A stretch of 64,000 bases of DNA from Nitrospirales bacterium (GTDB lineage Bacteria > Nitrospirota > Nitrospiria > Nitrospirales > UBA8639). The stretch lies in assembly GCA_965203295.1 (NCBI GenBank), contig CBDBCZ010000018.1, forward strand, positions 800,001 to 864,000, given 5' to 3'. The notes beneath the pieces are model-generated. The model was not told the origin of the DNA. It saw only the letters and a program-made list of their open reading frames with translations, and made no database searches. The stretch's first letter is position 1. Each line of letters begins with the position of its first letter. The translations under genes and the position numbers were made by a program. This document shows positions 63,180 through 64,000 of the stretch, in pieces.

Positions 63180-64000
63180 AGACCGAGTCTCTACGACGTT
63201 TAGAAACCCGAGGGGGAGGGGTGAGAATAACGCAATAGTGATTGAGGCGGAGTTGAGGTAACTATTGTGTCATTCTCATTCCGACTGCAAGGGTTTCAAA
63301 CCGAGTAGAGACGAGGGCGAGTTGAATCTAACTGGGTTAGAACCGACGGATGACGAACGGAGCGACATGGAGAGCAGTAGAGAAGCTAAACATGCGTATT
63401 CGGAAGTGATTTCGCCAAGTCTGCTGGCAAGCTTGCGTGAACCCTTACCCGGTTTGTTCTGCCGCCACAATTCAAGCTTGGAATTGGCGACAACTGGGAA
63501 GGTCCTTCTGCTGGAGTCGGCTTTGAAACGATCTGCGATTAAGATGATTTTCTTTTGAAAGCATCGCAGCTACTTGGCGCCAAAGGAGATGAGACGGCCA
63601 TCGGCTCAAAGGAGAGACACTTCGCAATGCTGAAGTGGATAATTTGCTGCTGTTGGCCAGCCAGGCATTGGAATCAGGTACAGAGAACGCCCAACCTGGC
63701 ACTAGCAAGGGTCGTTTCTCATCCCTTGCATCGTCTACTAAAGTTCAGGAGGTGAGAAAACAGGGTGTGCCCAAGAAAACTGCTGCACAAACTAGTTGGG
63801 CGGGAAAGGTATGGGCTGATTGGGCAAAGCAGCGGTTGATCAAGCATTTTGTTGATGAGGAGGAAGAGAAATGTGAGCTTTGTGAAGATTTCTGCAATGA
63901 AAATATGGCTACCTAAGCTTGTTTTGGAGATGCGAAGGAGAGATGGTGACCACTATCCACCCGATACCCTTTATGGTATATGCACTGCATTGAATCATAG
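63180..64000 (+). mobile_element. Degraded Crypton-like element (DUF3504/ZMYM-KCTD1-type tyrosine-recombinase-derived ORF), running off the window
   Basis: GVPKKTAAQTSWAGKVWADW is followed, after a frameshift near 63905, by WLPKLVLEMRRRDGDHYPPDTLYGICTAL. An imperfect hairpin lies upstream at 63198-63301. Confidence 0.75.

Overview
AT-rich eukaryotic genomic DNA with GT-AG introns. The gene families and repeat landscape suggest a demosponge or another early-branching animal (inference). Three blocks, all on the minus strand. (1) About 2.3-19.9 kb: a tandem cluster of small secreted-peptide genes. There are five intronless genes, one two-exon gene missed by the ORF track, and one pseudogene. 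They share a layout of signal peptide, Arg/Thr/Ser/Gly polycationic repeat, short acidic spacer, and a hydrophobic C-x3-C...C-x3-C hairpin with a hypervariable, usually Pro-rich loop. Most also share a promoter module. I recognise no named family, and this is the best candidate for an undescribed system. (2) About 22.8-46.2 kb: four copies of an intronless receptor-like gene (GGA/FxxN beta-helix repeats, Cys-rich stalk, multi-TM C-terminus): one intact, one with a single -1 frameshift, and two remnants. (3) About 46.9-62.9 kb: a 17-exon, 5'-incomplete TRPA-like ankyrin-repeat channel with an atypical pore filter. The rest is dense with MITEs (TTAA- and TA-type), hairpin elements, LINE and RLE-retroelement relics, a tRNA-like sequence and a degraded Crypton-like element.
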